Shown: positions 61,454 through 64,000 of the stretch, piece by piece
How the letters are laid out: every line of letters starts with the position of its first letter
Numbering within the stretch: position 1 is the first letter of the stretch
Origin: Microcystaceae cyanobacterium
GTDB lineage: Bacteria > Cyanobacteriota > Cyanobacteriia > Cyanobacteriales > Microcystaceae
Reading direction: 5' to 3'
Assembly (NCBI GenBank): GCA_041743025.1
Contig: JBGTNM010000180.1
Coordinates: forward strand, 3,315 to 67,314
Length of the DNA stretch: 64,000 bases
Translations under genes and position numbers: made by a program
The notes under the pieces: generated by a model
The model's database searches: none
The model's input: the letters and a program-made list of their open reading frames with translations, nothing else
Told to the model about the DNA's origin: nothing

Positions 61454-62224
61454 ATGCTATTACATCTGTGCGCTTGGCCCGAAGTTGAAGAATATCTTAA
61501 AATCTCTAGCGGCATTATTCTGCCCATTGGCTCGACCGAGCAGCACGGGCCGACGGGACTGGTTGGCACCGATGCCCTTTGTGCCGAAGCGATCGCGCTT
61601 GGGGTAGGGGAAGCGACTCAAGCCCTCGTGGCCCCGACGATTAACGTGGGCATGGCTCTCCATCACACGGCTTTCCCTGGAACGATCAGCTTGCGTCCCA
61701 GCACGTTAATTCAAGTCATCCTTGATTATTTCACCTGTTTGACTCGTGCTGGTTTTACGCGATTTTTTTTCATTAACGGGCATGGTGGCAATATTGCTAC
61801 CCTGAAAGCTGCTTTTTCGGAAGCTTACGATCATTTAGCCCTTCTCAATCTTCCTCATGGCGATGCCAAAGGCACTGCGCGAGCAGACCGCGTTCGCGCT
61901 CAAGTCGGGAACTGGTTTACCTGTCGCTCAGTCTATCAACTGGCTAAGGAGTTGTATGGAAACCAAGAAGGCTCCCACGCCACCCCTTCGGAAGTGGCTG
62001 TTACCCAATTTCTCTATCCTGAAGCGATCAAGCAAGCTACCCTTAATGAGGAGGTCGCTTCTGGCCATCCCATTTACGGCGCGGCAGACTTCCGCCGCCA
62101 CTACCCCGACGGTCGAATGGGATCAAATCCTGCTTTAGCCACCCCAGAACACGGCAAACGATTTTACGCTCTCGCCGTTGAGGAACTCTCCCAAGCCTAT
62201 CGAGACTTTTTGCAGGCGGACTGA
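61454..62224 (+). CDS. Creatininase-family amidohydrolase
   Basis: The start was moved from 61367 to ATG 61454, which removes the overlap with the divergent regulator. Motifs: ILPIGSTEQHGP, FINGHGGN. Confidence 0.8.
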   Translation: MLLHLCAWPEVEEYLKISSGIILPIGSTEQHGPTGLVGTDALCAEAIALGVGEATQALVAPTINVGMALHHTAFPGTISLRPSTLIQVILDYFTCLTRAGFTRFFFINGHGGNIATLKAAFSEAYDHLALLNLPHGDAKGTARADRVRAQVGNWFTCRSVYQLAKELYGNQEGSHATPSEVAVTQFLYPEAIKQATLNEEVASGHPIYGAADFRRHYPDGRMGSNPALATPEHGKRFYALAVEELSQAYRDFLQAD

Positions 62225-62265
62225 GGATAGAAACCCGTTTTCTTAGAGAAAACGGGTTTCTATCC
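62225..62265 (+). terminator. Perfect 19 bp stem / 3 nt loop hairpin immediately after the creatininase stop
   Basis: GGATAGAAACCCGTTTTCT-tag-AGAAAACGGGTTTCTATCC. No U-tract follows, so it could be a terminator, an RNA-stability element or a repeat. Confidence 0.55.
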
Positions 62266-62437
62266 TACTTCTTGCAACATTTAGTTAAAATAAAACTGGC
62301 TCTTGTCTGTCTCAATGTGGCATAATTTGCCGAATAGAAACCCTATTAAAATTCTTAACGATTCTGGCGGGTACTCTTGATGGGAGAGAGACATTCTTAC
62401 CACCCAGACCGAGCGTCTCTCATTTTCTACTTATGGT

Positions 62438-63874
62438 GTGAGGAAAACGGTGTCAGTCAACAAAATCTATTCTCAAGATTCTCTAGTGTCTAAAAGCCGA
62501 ACCAAGAGCAAAACTTACCTCAAACGCCGCAATTGGTTTTTATTGGGAATGGGGCTAGCCGCCATTTCGACGCTCTCTGCCGCCGCCGGAGCCATTCTAG
62601 CTGTATCTCTCGCTGCCGCCCCCCTGCGACAGAGTCAATTGAATTCTGAAGAAGCCGCCGTTTTTAATCAAGATGACACCGTTGCTTACAAAAATCTGCG
62701 ACTCCCTGAACTGAGCCGTCCTGTTAACATTTTAGTGTTGGGTACGAAGGTGTTAACCTCGGATGTAGAGGAATATCCCGCCGATAACTTAGGCTATCAC
62801 GCCCTAGTTAATTCCTTTAGAGGGCTGTCTGATACCATGCTGCTCGTGCGTTTAGACCCCCAAGAAGGCAAGCTGACGGTCTTATCGATTCCCAGAGATA
62901 CCCAAGCCGAAATTGAAGGACATGGGGTACAAAAAATCAATGCAGCTAACCAACTGGGCGGGCCAGCCTTAGCCGCCGAAACGGTCAGCCAGTTGCTTGA
63001 CGGCGTGCCGATTGATCGCTACGTCCGCGTTAACGTACAAGGGGTTGAAAAGCTGCTCGATGCGTTGGGTGGCGTGAGCGTTAACGTCCCCAAAGACATG
63101 AAGTACACCGACCACAGCCAACACCTCTACATTGACCTCAAAGCCGGCAAGCAGCACCTTAATGGAGAACAAGCGGTGCAATTTTTGCGCTTTCGTTACG
63201 ACGAATTTGGCGATATTGGTCGCGTCCAACGCCAACAGACGTTCATGCGATCGCTGGTCGAACAAGCTCTCAGACCGGCTGCCTTGCTCAAAATCCCTGA
63301 AATTGTCTCAGTCATTCAGTCTCATATCGATACCAATTTAAGCGTTGAGGAAATGGTGGCTCTGTCTGGCTTTGCGGCTCAAACGCAGCGTTCAGAGGTA
63401 CAGTTGCTGATGTTGCCTGGGGCCTTTAGTGGTAATGGCAGGCATGAAATTAGCTATTGGTTGCCCAATCGGGGGCAAATTCAAGCCGTCGCTGCTCAAT
63501 ATTTTGGTCACGGTTACGGCAGTGTCGAAATGGCTGAACCGTCAGCCCTCAGCGTTGCCATCCAAGACAGCACTGACGACCCAAAAGCGGTACAAGCAAT
63601 GGTTGAATACTTGCACCAAGCAGGATACAATCGGGTTTACCTGAGCGGGCAATTTCAAGAACCCCTGCCGACCACTCGCATTGTCGCCCAACAAGGCGAT
63701 GATTTAGGGGCAGCTACCTTGCGAACTACCCTCGGCGTGGGTGAGGTGTTGGTCGAAAGTACGGGCAATCTCGCCTCTGACGTTACCATTGTTTTAGGGC
63801 AAGACTGGCAGCAGCGATCCCTTCGGGGACGGCTTCACAGCACGCGCCAGGGCAACTTAACCATTAACCATTAG
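62438..63874 (+). CDS. LytR-CpsA-Psr (LCP) family protein
   Basis: 478 aa, GTG start. N-terminal TM. LCP core (NILVLGT...SDTMLLVRLDP...LSIPRDT...INAA). Confidence 0.8.
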   Translation: MRKTVSVNKIYSQDSLVSKSRTKSKTYLKRRNWFLLGMGLAAISTLSAAAGAILAVSLAAAPLRQSQLNSEEAAVFNQDDTVAYKNLRLPELSRPVNILVLGTKVLTSDVEEYPADNLGYHALVNSFRGLSDTMLLVRLDPQEGKLTVLSIPRDTQAEIEGHGVQKINAANQLGGPALAAETVSQLLDGVPIDRYVRVNVQGVEKLLDALGGVSVNVPKDMKYTDHSQHLYIDLKAGKQHLNGEQAVQFLRFRYDEFGDIGRVQRQQTFMRSLVEQALRPAALLKIPEIVSVIQSHIDTNLSVEEMVALSGFAAQTQRSEVQLLMLPGAFSGNGRHEISYWLPNRGQIQAVAAQYFGHGYGSVEMAEPSALSVAIQDSTDDPKAVQAMVEYLHQAGYNRVYLSGQFQEPLPTTRIVAQQGDDLGAATLRTTLGVGEVLVESTGNLASDVTIVLGQDWQQRSLRGRLHSTRQGNLTINH

Positions 63875-64000
63875 ACACCTCATTATTGTTTAATGACAAA
63901 ATTAGGATTTAGCCGATGCTCATTTTGGAAATTGTTTTTAGTGTTTAAAAACTCCTTAAATAAATCAAAGCAACGTTCTAGCGCGTGGCAGCAGGTCAGT

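Noticed and set aside
1-64000. CRISPR arrays, rRNA genes and additional tRNAs.
   Set aside because: Visual scanning of the intergenic regions found no regularly spaced direct repeats and no other cloverleaf-like sequences. A computational scan (CRISPRCasFinder, tRNAscan-SE, Infernal) would be needed to be certain.

Overview
This is a cyanobacterial chromosomal segment. The HIP1 octamer GCGATCGC is frequent in the host-like parts. All calls come from reading the translations and sequence by eye; no searches were run.

(1) 1-22.6 kb, probably extending to 28.5 kb: a lipid-type biosynthetic cluster. It encodes a FAAL-loaded type I PKS (2736 aa) and a second fully reducing PKS (2601 aa) that ends in a PLP alpha-oxoamine synthase domain instead of a thioesterase. 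A divergent operon encodes an orphan KS with a dead AT, a START/SRPBCC protein and a KDSR-like (3-ketodihydrosphingosine reductase) SDR. The flanks carry two GT2 genes, an FAD oxidoreductase, two alpha/beta hydrolases, an ArnT/PMT-like GT-C, an LpxO-type hydroxylase and a 2OG oxygenase. The predicted product is a sphingoid-type 2-amino-3-hydroxy long-chain base, possibly glycosylated. Only one of the three AT domains looks functional.

(2) 28.7-37.9 kb: a TIR-coiled-coil-GUN4 fusion protein, a REP-associated tyrosine transposase with two identical palindromic REP-like repeats nearby, two ATGA-coupled small-gene pairs, a Rieske oxygenase, a CheY-like regulator, a TauE exporter, a TnpB-only IS element and a cardiolipin synthase.

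(3) 38.1-41.4 kb: a strongly AT-rich ORFan island. It includes a 705-codon reading frame interrupted by exactly two TAA codons.

(4) 41.5-59.2 kb: a 17.7 kb integrative element inserted in tRNA-Val(CAC) and bounded by 43 bp direct repeats. It carries an integrase, a Toprim-primase/SF3-helicase, a switch region, a fibre protein and a LamG protein. Its virion-like module is made of ORFans in which I see no terminase-type Walker A motif.

(5) 59.3-64 kb: a histidine kinase/OmpR pair, a creatininase-family protein and an LCP protein.
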